Source: Candidatus Marinacidobacterales bacterium
Lineage (GTDB): Bacteria; Acidobacteriota; Vicinamibacteria; Marinacidobacterales; DATDRI01
Direction of reading: 5' to 3'
Length of the DNA: 64,000 bases
Assembly (NCBI GenBank): GCA_965219415.1
Contig: OZ244742.1
Coordinates: forward strand, 1,728,001-1,792,000
A program made the translations under genes and the position numbers. This document shows positions 31,450-42,025 of the stretch, in pieces. The notes under the pieces are model-generated. The model searched no databases and was not told where the DNA came from. It saw only the letters and a program-made list of their open reading frames with translations. Numbering within the stretch: the stretch's first letter is position 1; every line of letters begins with the position of its first letter.

Positions 31450-31451
31450 CG

Positions 31452-32444
31452 ATGGCTTGCAAAGCATTGATTCTGGCAGAGCACGAGGATGGAGCGGTCA
31501 AGGACATTTCTTACGAGCTTCTCGGCATGGCGCATCGATTGGCCAGTGAGGCAGGCTGGAGCACGGAGACGGACATCAAGGCTCTGCTATTGGGACACGG
31601 TGCGGATGGCTTGGCGAACGAGCTCGCGGGACGCGGTGCCGCAGAAGTGATTTACGCAGACGGTCCAGCAGTGGCGGACTACACCGGCGATGGTTATCGA
31701 AGAGTCGCGGAATCCGTCATCAAGGAAGAGTCACCGGAAATCGTTCTCATCGGACACACCCCCAACGGATGGGACGTGGCTCCGTTGGTGGCGGCGGGTT
31801 TGGGAGTGCCCTTGGCCACCGGGTGCTCCAACATCAAGTTCGAAGAAGGTAAGGCTCGGTTTGTGCGCAAAGCCTTTAACGGCAAGTTCGTGCACGAAGT
31901 CGAGATCGAAAACGCGTCACCTTGTATGGCGACGTTGGATAAGGGTGCCTCGGAGCCGGTTCCCGGAAGCACTCAGGGGACGGTGCGCAAGATCGACGCC
32001 GGCGTCCAAGAATCGGAGGTCAAAGCAAGATTCGTGGAGATCAAGAAGGGTGAATCGGGAGGAGTCGATCTGACCCAAGCTCAGATCATCGTATCGGGTG
32101 GGCGCGGCCTCGGAGGGCCCGACAAGCTCGACGTCGTTAAGGAGCTCGCCGCAGCCTTGGGCGGTCAGGTGGGTGCCTCGCGTGCCGTGACCGATGCCGG
32201 CTGGCTCCCGCACGAGCATCAAATCGGTAGCAGCGGCGTGGTGGTCAACCCCAAGCTTTATATCGCCGCCGGCATCTCGGGTGCGATCCAGCACGTCGTG
32301 GGAATGAAAGGCTCGGGTTACATCGTCGCCATTAATAAAGATGCCGACGCCCCCATCTTCGGCGTGGCCGACGTCGGCGTCGTGGGAGATCTTTTCGAGT
32401 TCTTGCCCGCCCTCACGAAAGCAGTGAAGGAAGCCAAGGGATAG
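31452..32444 (+). CDS. etfA: Electron transfer flavoprotein alpha subunit
   Basis: IVSGGRGLG, GASRAVTDAGW, GISGAIQH, INKDADAPIF. Confidence 0.95.
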   Translation: MACKALILAEHEDGAVKDISYELLGMAHRLASEAGWSTETDIKALLLGHGADGLANELAGRGAAEVIYADGPAVADYTGDGYRRVAESVIKEESPEIVLIGHTPNGWDVAPLVAAGLGVPLATGCSNIKFEEGKARFVRKAFNGKFVHEVEIENASPCMATLDKGASEPVPGSTQGTVRKIDAGVQESEVKARFVEIKKGESGGVDLTQAQIIVSGGRGLGGPDKLDVVKELAAALGGQVGASRAVTDAGWLPHEHQIGSSGVVVNPKLYIAAGISGAIQHVVGMKGSGYIVAINKDADAPIFGVADVGVVGDLFEFLPALTKAVKEAKG

Positions 32445-32501
32445 GCGGTTATTCCACCGGGCTCTAAATCGCCCGAATCAGTGCCAGAGGGGGATCGACC
32501 T

Positions 32502-32630
32502 TCACCGCGTTGCCAACGTCAACACAACCCGTAGACCCGGCTGGTTGTCCTCGAGAAGGAGCTCGGCCAGCGCCATATAGAGCAGCGCCAGGCGGAAGGC
32601 GGAGCTACGAAGCAGCTTCTGTGATTGCAC
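32502..32630 (-). pseudogene. Internally deleted sensor histidine kinase (42-aa remnant)
   Basis: MQSQKLLRSSAFRLALLYMAL (typical kinase N terminus) joined to AELLLEDNQPGLRVVLTL (typical HATPase C terminus); overlaps the response regulator 3' end. Confidence 0.7.
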
Positions 32631-33295
32631 GGAGGACATAGCCCGCGCCGCGGACGGTATGGATCAAGGGATAGTCGAAGCCCTTATCGACTTTGCTCCG
32701 AAGGCGGCTCACGTGAACGTCGATGACGTTGGTTTGTGGATCGAAGTGGTAGTCCCAGACTTTCTCTAGGAGCATGGTTCGTGTGACGACCTGCCCGGCA
32801 TGGTGCATGAGGTGCTCGAGGAGTCGGAACTCCCTCGGCTGCAGCTCGATGGTCTGACTGGCGCGCCGAACTTGTCGGGTCAAGAGATCCATCTCCAAGT
32901 CGGCCACTTGAAGCCGAGTCTCCACCGCCTCGGCGTCGCCCCGACGGACTATGGCTTCGAGTCGTGCGAGCAGCTCGGAGAAGGCAAAGGGTTTTGACGA
33001 GGTAGTCGTCGCTTCCCTTGCGAAGTCCCTCGACGCGATCGTCGATTTCACCCAGCGCGCTGAGAATAAGGATGGGAGTTTTCTTCCCCGACGAGCGCAG
33101 TGTCTGAATAACGGAGAGGCCGTCGAGGCCGGGTAACATGCGATCGACAACCAAGACATCAAAGGATTCCTCGAGCGCGAGGAATAAACCTTCTTTTCCA
33201 TCAGGGGCACCCTCGGCCACGTGACCGGCTTCGTTCAGGCCTCGAACGATGTGGTCCCGTGTTTCCTGATCGTCTTCTATCACGAGAACGCGCAT
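32605..33295 (-). CDS. OmpR-family response regulator, frameshifted near 32993
   Basis: MRVLVIEDD, VDRMLPGLDG, DDYLV/KPFAFSEL, TNVIDVHVSRLR, IHTVRGAGY. Confidence 0.9.
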
Positions 33296-33319
33296 GCTTT
33301 TGGGGGCTGCAACAGCAAC

Positions 33320-33353
33320 CCCTCACCCTACCCTCTCCCCCAAGGGGAGAGGG
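33320..33353. repeat. REP-like hairpin
   Basis: CCCTCACCC-TA-CCCTCTCCCC-CAA-GGGGAGAGGG; same family as 29513 in opposite orientation. Confidence 0.7.
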
Positions 33354-33393
33354 ATAAAGGATGAGGAGCCTTGCTCAAGCTTATCTCTTCTGC

Positions 33394-34917
33394 TCAAGCC
33401 AATGGAACAGGCACGAACTGCCGGGCGTTACCTCGCGCTACCTGAAGTAGTACGCTTCCCCGGTCGTCGTCCGACGCTTTCTGGATCTCCTCGACCGCAT
33501 CGGACGGATTGGACACTTCCTTTTGTCCGACCATGGTCACCACATCGCCCTTCCGCAGGCCCATCTTCGCGGCCGGGCTTCCCGGCTTGACGTCGACGAT
33601 GAGCGCACCGTCGATACTCTCGTCCACACGATAGCGCTGGCGTGTTTGAGGCGCCAGCTCGGCGAAGGACAGGCCCAGAGGTGCCCGCATATCTGACTGA
33701 GACCCACCTCGAGCCACGACCGCTGTTTCCTCAGGACTTCTGCCCAAGTCCACATCCAACGTCTCGCGATCGCCGGAGCGCCACACGTCGATGGTGGATT
33801 TTTCCTCGGGGCTCGCTTCCGCGACCTTACGGGTGAGATCCTTGATGTGCTCGATGTCTTCACCGTTGAAGCCCAGGATGACGTCACCGGCGCGAAGCCC
33901 TGCTTTTTCGGCTGGGCTGCCGGCCACCACGCTGGCTACCAGAGCACCCTGTGATTCGTCGAGCCCGAGTCCTTCCGCGATCTCTTCGGTCACGGCCTGA
34001 ATCTGAACGCCAAGCCAAGCCCGCTCCACGCGACCCGACTTCTTGAGCTGCTCGATGATGGGCGTCGCTTGCTTGGCTGGAATCGCAAAGCCGATGCCCA
34101 CGTTGCCGCCGTTCGGCGAGTAGATGGCGGTGTTGACGCCGATCACACGGCCCGAAAGATCGAAGAGCGGTCCACCGGAGTTACCCTGATTGATGGGTGC
34201 GTCGATCTGGAGAAAATCATCGAAGGGACCCGACTGAATGTCTCGGCCGCGGGCAGAAACGATACCCGTGGTGGCGGTGCCACCGAGCCCAAAAGGATTG
34301 CCGATGGCCACCACCCAATCACCGATACGAGTGGAATCGGAATCCCCGAAACGAGCAAAAGGAAGCGGCTCGGCAGCATCGATCTTGAGTACTGCAAGAT
34401 CGGTCTTGGCATCGCTGCCTACTAGTTCCGCATCGTAGCGCTCACCATCATTCAAGATGACCTGAATCTTCTCCGCCCGATCGATGACGTGATGATTCGT
34501 CACTACGTATCCATCCTCATCTACGATGAAACCCGAGCCCATGCCGCGGATGGGAGCCGCGCTGCCCTGAGATTTCTGGAACGACTGCCGCTCGAAGAAA
34601 CGTCGCAAGAACTCTTCGAACGGCATGTTGGGTGGTACAGGATTTCCCGGAGCGGGTCCAGCGAAAGGGTGGTTCGTCATAGTGCTGGTGACCGAGATGT
34701 TGACGACGGCCGGCTTCACGGCTTCGATGACATCTGCGAAGCTCGCCGGAGCGCCCGTGGGTGGCAGGACCTTTTGATCGACCGGGGCGCCAGCGCTCGC
34801 CTCGGGGAGCTGTCCCCATTGCCAAATTCCAATGGCGGCCGACAGAGCCAGCGCGCCGATAGCCATTCTCAAGAATCGCCCGGATCTCCCGTCGACCCTG
34901 TTTCCCGTAACAGTCAT
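33394..34917 (-). CDS. Do/DegQ family serine endoprotease with two PDZ domains
   Basis: GSGFIV, VTNHHVI, DAPINQGNSGGPL, two PDZ domains. Confidence 0.95.
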   Translation of the reverse strand: MTVTGNRVDGRSGRFLRMAIGALALSAAIGIWQWGQLPEASAGAPVDQKVLPPTGAPASFADVIEAVKPAVVNISVTSTMTNHPFAGPAPGNPVPPNMPFEEFLRRFFERQSFQKSQGSAAPIRGMGSGFIVDEDGYVVTNHHVIDRAEKIQVILNDGERYDAELVGSDAKTDLAVLKIDAAEPLPFARFGDSDSTRIGDWVVAIGNPFGLGGTATTGIVSARGRDIQSGPFDDFLQIDAPINQGNSGGPLFDLSGRVIGVNTAIYSPNGGNVGIGFAIPAKQATPIIEQLKKSGRVERAWLGVQIQAVTEEIAEGLGLDESQGALVASVVAGSPAEKAGLRAGDVILGFNGEDIEHIKDLTRKVAEASPEEKSTIDVWRSGDRETLDVDLGRSPEETAVVARGGSQSDMRAPLGLSFAELAPQTRQRYRVDESIDGALIVDVKPGSPAAKMGLRKGDVVTMVGQKEVSNPSDAVEEIQKASDDDRGSVLLQVARGNARQFVPVPLA

Positions 34918-35107
34918 TCTGACCTCCTAATGTTTTGTGATGGGTGCGCCCCGAGAGGCGCACCCAAGGTCGACTTTGTTGACCGTCCTCTTGCTGTAAT
35001 CGACCTGAGCCAGAGTAGAGAAAGTCGTATTACGAGCCTCTTTCCGCAACATGAACTTTTTGTCATGTTCGGTAAGGCGAGACTTGAGGGGGGTTACTCG
35101 CTGCCTA

Positions 35108-36364
35108 TGGGCTTGATCCGGTTTCGTAGACGGTTTAGTTAAGCTGGCGAAGTCCTCATCCGTCGTTCAAACTCGGCCGGACTGACCTGGCCGAGGGTCG
35201 AGTGTCGTCGTCTCTGGTTGTAGAATACCTCGATGAAGTCGAAGAGGGCCATCTTGGCCTCGCCGCAACTGAGGAAATGCTCCCCAAGCTCGTGCTTGAC
35301 CGTGGAGAACCAGCTCTCGATGACGGCGTTGTCGTAGCAGTTGCCCCGTCGGCTCATGCTCCCGGTCATGCCATGCGTCTCAAGGAGACGTTGGTAGTCT
35401 TTGCTGGCATACGGACTGCCCTGATCGGAGTGATGCAAGAGCCCCGCGGCCGGTTGGCGACGTTTCAGTGCCATCCGCAACGCCTTGATAACCAGGTGAC
35501 GGTCGTTAATAGCACTTACGGCCCACCCAACGAGGAATCGCGAGTAGAGGTCGAGGAGCGCCGCGAGATAAAGCTTCCCGCCGCTGCCGATCACGAACTC
35601 GGTCGTGTCCCCGACCCACCGTTGGTTCGGCGCATCGGCGACGAAGTCTTGCCCGAGCACATTGGCCGCGACGGGCTGGCCATGACCGCTTACCGTCGTG
35701 CGCTTGAAGCGTTTGCGTACTCGAGCAATGAGGCCTTCTGCCTGTTTCAACCGAATCACCCGCTTCCGACTCACTCGATACCCCTGCTCGTGCAGGTCGT
35801 GATAAATCCGCGGACTCCCATAGGTGCGGCGACTCGCCTCATGGGAGGCACGAATCAACACGCGCAACTGGCGGTCCCGGCGCGCGTGGGCCGACGGCGG
35901 CCGACGTACCCAGGCATAAAAGCCACTCCGAGAGACGTTGAGAATCTGACACAGGTGAACGACCGGTACGGTGGCCTTCTCCGCCTGGATGAACGCGAAT
36001 CTTACTCGCTCTCCTTCGCGAAGAAGGCCGCGGCTTTTTTTAAAACGTCGCGCTCCACCCGCAACCGCCGATTCTCTTTGCGGAGCCGCCGAAGCTCCTC
36101 GCGTTCCACGCCCGTCAAGCCCGTCCGGCCCTTCGTCCGATCGGCCCGGGCCTGACGGACCCAGTTGCGAAACGCCGATTCGGTGAGGTCAAGCTCCCGG
36201 GCCACCCGACCCACGCTCTGGCCCTCATCAAGCACCAGCCGGACCGCGCCTGCCTTAAACTCGTCATCAAACTCCCGGCGGGGTCGCCGGGGCTGCGTTG
36301 TCTTTGCCATTGTGGACATCGTATCCGCCTTTCAGAAAGTGTCCACGAAACTGGATCAAGCCCA
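35108..36364 (-). mobile_element. Complete IS3-family insertion sequence (1257 bp)
   Basis: Inverted repeats TGGGCTTGATCC(G/A)GTTTCGT(A/G)GAC with TG...CA ends; CTA direct repeat at 35105-35107 and 36365-36367. Confidence 0.95.
35139..36319 (-). CDS. IS3 transposase OrfA/OrfB with programmed -1 frameshift
   Basis: OrfA HTH (FKAGAVRLV, LKKAAAFFAKE); OrfB DDE (WVGDTTE, HHSDQGSPY, DNAVIESWF); A7G slippery site near 36034-36041. Confidence 0.93.
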
Positions 36365-37575
36365 CTATCCCCTCAGGTACGGCCGAGAGAGCTTGCGCCG
36401 GGACGAGAACCGGCGGGGGCTCACCTACGGTCAGAGGAAATCGTGCAGAAGTACCGCTCGCTAACCTGCTGTAACTTTTCGACCCAGATTCGGCTTTGGT
36501 ACACGTTTGCCAAACTTGGTCACTAACTCGGTTGCGCTGCAGTACCTTCTCCATCAGCGCCGGTCGGCGCCACTCGAGCTCAGCCGGCGCCCGCCCCTTC
36601 AATCCAATCGTTGCCGCGTGGATCATGCGGTGGTGAAAAACGCAGACTGAGATCAGATTCGGGGGGGAGTTGCTTTCGGCTCGGCTCTTTCGCCCGCTGC
36701 GGCTCCGGAACCTAATGTGATGCACGTGTAGCTGCGCGCGGGCAGCACAGTCGGGATATTGGCACCGATAGTCGTCCCTCTCTAGCACGCCGCTCCAAGT
36801 CCTCCCGTAGTCCTGGACGATCCGCCAAGGAAGCTCATCGCCGTCGGGGCAGATGCGCTGCTCGACAAACTCAGCCGGCGCGCTCTCTTCGTCCGAAAGA
36901 GTCGGCTGCTCGGCGCAGTCGTCGACGCTGTCACTCTCCGCCCGCTCCGGCCCTAAGTGCGCATACGTCGCAATAAACTCCGCCGACATAAACTCGAGGC
37001 AGCGTCCGATATCGAGATCCTCACCCGCTACGCGACGGCAAAGCTCGACGGCATAGTCGAACACCGGCGGCTTGATCTTGCGTCAACCACGCCCGGACCT
37101 TCACACCCGCGGCGTCCCGCTCTCCCTCGATCTTCCGATCGAGCTCGCGGACGGAAAGGGAGAGCGCCGAGTCGAGCCACGTCGCTTCGTCCTCGCTCGT
37201 GGCAACCCGGGCGACTCGGCTCGCTTTGGTCCAACCGAGCCGACCTTCTTCCAATGCCTTTCTCAGCTGCGGAAGGTCGCGAAGCTTTTGGCCCAGTTGG
37301 AGAAGGTAACGGGTCTTGCGCGGGGAGAAACGGAAGCGCTCCTCCGCATAGTAATAAATGTCGATGAAACCGAATTTCTCGTAGCCCCGTCGATCGCGTA
37401 TCGCCACGAGGTATTCGCAAATAAGCCTTTCCGATCCCTCATGCACTCGCACGATCTGTTCGAGATTGAGATCGAGCTCTTCGATGGAAAGTTCGAGGTC
37501 GGGCGAACCAACCTCCGTTACCTCTTGCGTCAAAGTCGCGGTCAAATTTGCGGTCATGAGGCACACCTCCAGCAC
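36365..37575 (-). CDS. HNH endonuclease with DUF222-like helical N terminus; frameshift near 37065; 3' end abuts IS3
   Basis: VLERDDYRCQYPDC, LHVHHIRFRS, NLISVCVFHH; N-terminal ALEEGRLGWTKA. Confidence 0.8.
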
Positions 37576-37983
37576 TTGGTTTGTAGGCTTTATCCAACCG
37601 TCCGGCGGTGAGAGGGACTAGCTTGGCTATAAGTTAGATGAAAGTGTTACGTTTGTCAAGTTTTCGTCCCTCGTAAGGCTATATTTATCAGTGGGTTAAG
37701 AGAAATTTTTCCCCTGCCGTGCGCGATTATAGGGCCGCATCTCATTGAAAAATAGAGGTTTGTCGCGGAGGTTTCCGGGCGTCTAACTTTTTTTCGGTCT
37801 GGAATATCGGCCCTAGATTACGCTAAATAGGCGCGCTACCTGGGTCCGCCCTACCAGCGTGGCACGAGCTCCATGAGTGCCTGCTCCGCGTCGGTCAGGG
37901 GCGACGGGGCCTGAGCCGCGACGGAAGCGCCGAAGATCCAGAGCAGGGCCGCTAGCATCGAGCGTCCATCCGTTGGCTTGAAG

Positions 37984-38664
37984 TCACTTTTGTGAGCGAA
38001 CGATCTTGACCAGCAAGGGGAAAACAGCAGCGAGAAAGGCTACCAAACTAATGGGCGGTAGACCGCCCGGCCAGCCGGCCGGGGCGAGCCATCCGGGGAG
38101 CCCCAGGACGATCAAATGGACGGCGACGAGGGCAAGCGTCACATAGCCCATGCGCTGGGTCCGTTTCCAGCGGAAGCCGCCGATACTCTTGGCCATCGTG
38201 GGCAGCGTGGTGATCCCTGGCACGGCGAGCGCCCAAAGAGCCACCACACCCACGGCGATTGCGAGCTCACCCTGGAGGGTTAGTTTGCCGCCTTCCGCGA
38301 AGTAGGCGGGGTAGTAGTGGGGTGTCCGGAGGCCGAGCGACATGAGACCGTGTATAGCTCCAAGGGACAGGCCCATTAACCCGCAGAACTTGATGACGAT
38401 GAGTCGGATTCGGGGGTCGTCGTTGTGCCACCGCAGCACGTACCCCACCAAGTACGAGCAGGCCACGAAGAACACCGCCGCAAGAGACACCGCCTTGTTG
38501 AGGATAAATAGCGGGAAGTGGGACCACTCCACGCTCCCAATGATGTGGTAACGGACTACCGCGTAGGCGAGGGCCGCGCCGAAGAGCACGGCGAACCATC
38601 GAGCCGTGACCGGTTGCAGTAAGCGGCTCTGCTTCGAGAGCTCGCTTGCAGTAGAAGGGCTCAT
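37984..38664 (-). CDS. Ferric reductase-like (STEAP/MsrQ-like) heme-binding membrane protein
   Basis: About six TM helices, ILNKAV, intramembrane His in GAIHGL and VAVHLI, WKRTQRMGY. Confidence 0.7.
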   Translation of the reverse strand: MSPSTASELSKQSRLLQPVTARWFAVLFGAALAYAVVRYHIIGSVEWSHFPLFILNKAVSLAAVFFVACSYLVGYVLRWHNDDPRIRLIVIKFCGLMGLSLGAIHGLMSLGLRTPHYYPAYFAEGGKLTLQGELAIAVGVVALWALAVPGITTLPTMAKSIGGFRWKRTQRMGYVTLALVAVHLIVLGLPGWLAPAGWPGGLPPISLVAFLAAVFPLLVKIVRSQK

Positions 38665-38799
38665 TCAGTTGCCCCCCCGCCAGGACAACGTGCTGCCAAA
38701 CCAATATCGGAACACGATGGCGTGTTGTGGCGCCCATTCGCCGGCGCGATTTTTCGTGTATTGGAACTGATAGGCGAGACGAATCTGCTGCTCTCGCCT

Positions 38800-39384
38800 G
38801 AGGTTCCATAGGAAACCTTACCCGCGTCCGGGTGCGAAAGAAACCCCGCGCATGATCGAAGAAAAGATCCGTTTGCCCCCACGGCTCGTTTCGGATCCCG
38901 TCCCCGCGCACCTCTAACCTCGTCCGGTAGACGTTGAAGTCGTCGATCGCGTCTCCGCGGAAATGGCGCTCGTAGAACACGCCGCCCCTGAAGCGGATGT
39001 CGTCGTTCCAGAAACGAAGGAGCGTCTTTCGGAGGGGCATCTGAATCCGATGGGAATGTGGTCCGGCTGGCGGCACCACGGCCGCGCGGACGCGTCCAGC
39101 CCGTCTCCTCTTTGATCCCGCAAAGCTCGTACGAGACCTTCCTGACCGTTCTCGACGAGTTGCGCGAACAGTGCCTCACGTTCTTCCTCTGTGCTCCATC
39201 GGGTGATGTTGATCTGGAGTGTCATGGTCGTTCCCGACGGAATGATGGGCGGGTTTGTCACTCCCATCGCGACCGCCCACGCCTCGAACGTTTCCAGAAA
39301 CTCCTCTTCCTCGCCGGCAAAGGCGAAGTTGGAAGATGCCAAGAGTAGAGCTACGGCAGTTCCAAGACTCAATTGTTTCAACAT
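38800..39384 (-). pseudogene. Chimeric remnant: secreted hypothetical N terminus joined to a beta-barrel (DUF2490-like) fragment
   Basis: Signal peptide and ITRWSTEEEREAL, frameshift, then FRGGVFYERHF...YRTRLEV...FFRTRTRV in another frame. Confidence 0.4.
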
Positions 39385-39443
39385 TGTTCTTCCCTCCTTA
39401 GGTTATTAGAGTTAAAACCACGGCTTCACTTCCTAAAACAAGG

Positions 39444-41364
39444 CTAGGGCGTGTACCAGATCGGCGACGTGTAGGCACGATCTTGAATCGTCGCCGGCAC
39501 GTTGTCCGGGAGACCGATCCCGAAAAACGCGGCATCGTATGTGGTCCAACGCGGGGTCGGGGTCTCGAGCACCCGCACGTAGTAGAAAGCCGACTCGTCT
39601 GGATCGAAATCCGGGTCGACCCAGTGGGCCGACATGACCGCGTCGCCGATGGTGTTGGTAAAGGTGGCGGTGGTGATATCCACCGTGTTGCCGACGGGCT
39701 GCCGGGCGCGTCCGTCCGCGCCGACCTTCCGGCCGTCGGAAACGGCGACGTCGTAGATGCGCTCGTGCGTCTCTCCATCTGAATCCAACCACCCCTTGAT
39801 GATTTGAATCCGATCTAGATTGGCGCCATCCGGATCCCGAAGCGCCCGGATCTTCAAGGTCGGCGCCTTACCAGCCGGTGCCTTCCTCAGGTCACCACCC
39901 ATCGGCACGCCACGCCGATAACCCTGAGAGACGAAATCGGGTCGCGACACCTCGTCCGCCTCGAAATCCCACCCGGCGAAGACACGCACCCGGATCCGCG
40001 TGCCGGTTGTCGCGTAGACTTCCTTCCGCTTCAACGCCCCGAAGATCGCTTCGCGGGTGTTTTCGCGCGCCCACACCGCGGTCAGCCCAGAGGCCACTTC
40101 CTGAGAGGTCATGATTCTCAGGGCTGGGTCGTCTGCAGGAATGACTTCGTGGTTATGCCGGTTCGGCGACGGCTCGGTCTTGGCGTACTTTGCCGAAGTA
40201 GTTCTCTTCCCGGGTAGTAGAGAGAGCAGTGTGGGTGTCGGAAGCGCCGGTCAGTCCGAACTTGTACGGATTGGCACCGAGCTCGTTGCCAAGCTTGAGA
40301 CCCAACTTGAGCGCGGAGCGGCCATACTCGTACTGCAGCATCCAGTCTTCCTTGGGCGTCGATCCGTCGATGTTCGCGACATCCCAGTTCTCGAAGCCCG
40401 CGAACTCATCCTCGCTGGACAAGAGCGGGTGCGTCTCCCCGTCGCCCTTGATTTGCGTCACCTCGATGATGGGTTCCCAGCGCATCCTTGTTTCCGTGTA
40501 CGCGCGGGTCAGGCGGTCACCCGAGAAACCCTTGTCGGAAAACATGATGCCGTTGCTGAGGTTGCCGTTGTGGGGGATGGCGATGGCGCCACCTCCGGTA
40601 GCGGTCTCGTAGTTCTGCAGGTATCTCCAGAGATCCTGGGGATCCTCGCTGTCGAACGCCCCGAAGGGCAGGGTTTGGCTCGTTTTGTCGGCGCCGTCCC
40701 GGAAGACGACGACGCGATGGAGGTTGTTCCCGCCAGGCATCGTGCTCCACTCAAAACCAGTCATGGTGGTGAAGCTGCCGGGCTCGTCGTACGCATCGGC
40801 AGTCTTGACGAACTCGCGCCAGATGCTGGAGACCATTTCCGACTGCCCGAGTCGGTTGTTTCCGGTTGTTGCGTCGTTGATGATTGACGCGAAGGCCTTC
40901 ACGGCGCCTTCGGGGCCCGCGGAGAAGTTCTCGTAGAGGAACTTGCCGTACGGATCCGACAGCAGGATCGGATTCGCGTCCCGGATCATCGGCGCGAGCC
41001 CGATGTACTCGGCGTGGTCGGTGACCACGAGGAAATCGAGCGGCCGGATCAGCTGCACCCGCTGGCCGGTGTTCGAAACGACCGTCTCGCCACGTGCGAA
41101 TCGATAGGCATCATGTACATCCAGCTTGGTCCCGATAAGGCCCGCATCGGGCGAGAGATTCGTATGGACGTGCGTGTCGCCGAAGAGAACCTGGTCCGGA
41201 TAGGCTCGGCCGGCGTACGGCGAGTAGACCTCTTCCTGACCCACATCCTCCTCGGTGAGTCGAAAGGTCTCGGGCTCCTGAGCGCACAGAAAACCGGGAT
41301 CCACTAGAAGACCGAAGACGGCCAGCGCGAAGAACGAACCGACAATCATAGTGACGTTTTTCAC
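39444..41364 (-). CDS. DUF3604 family secreted protein (PHP-like metallohydrolase), frameshifted near 40190
   Basis: LFGDTHVHTNLSPDA, VTDHAE, IPHNGNLSNG, EVTQIKGDGETHP, ASDTHT, IQDRAYTSPIWYTP. Confidence 0.88.
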
Positions 41365-41565
41365 AACATGTGTTCCTCTACTCGTACTCTGCGATGGGTT
41401 TGAAGAAAAAATGGGGCCTCTGACCGCGCGGTTGCATTCCGCATGGCAAACTCCGTTGGCGATGTAGTCGTCAACGCTGTGGACGCAAGGTGAGCAGCCT
41501 AATGGCGGGACATGACCTGAGTCAAATGAGAGTAAGAGAGTTCTGGTAGCTGATGAGCCGAAGCG

Positions 41566-42024
41566 CTAGTCTCGAACCGACGACCAGTGCTTCACTGACG
41601 TCACTTCGATGCGGATAATCAGGCGGCGGCCGATAGCCATAGAACGGTACTGGGGGTACTTCCCGCGCAAGAGGTCGACCGCCTTCGAGTGCTCGTTCGC
41701 AAAGCGACCGCCGGGCTCGATGGCCTCGGCCAACCCCCGCACCAGAACGTAGCCCAGCTGTGACCAGTCTTCCGAGTAGTCGTCGATGACAAGCGAAACA
41801 CGTGGATTCGCTTCGATGTTCCGGAGACGCTTGAGACGCCCCCAAGAGATGGACTTGGGTTTTTCGTCGATGGCGGAATAGAAGCGCTTGCCTTCGAAGA
41901 CGTAGCAAATAGGGATGACCGCCGGTTGACCCTTGGCATCGACGGTGGCGAGCCGGGCGACGCGATGGGAGTGGATGAATTTTCGCGTGCGCTCGTCGAT
42001 CTGCAGCGCGGCCTCTATGGTCAA
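41566..42024 (-). CDS. PPOX-class putative F420-dependent oxidoreductase (Rv0121-like)
   Basis: RVARLATVD, YSAIDEKPKS, RLRNIEANPRVSLVIDDYSEDWSQL, KYPQY. Confidence 0.85.
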   Translation of the reverse strand: MTIEAALQIDERTRKFIHSHRVARLATVDAKGQPAVIPICYVFEGKRFYSAIDEKPKSISWGRLKRLRNIEANPRVSLVIDDYSEDWSQLGYVLVRGLAEAIEPGGRFANEHSKAVDLLRGKYPQYRSMAIGRRLIIRIEVTSVKHWSSVRD

Positions 42025-42025
42025 G

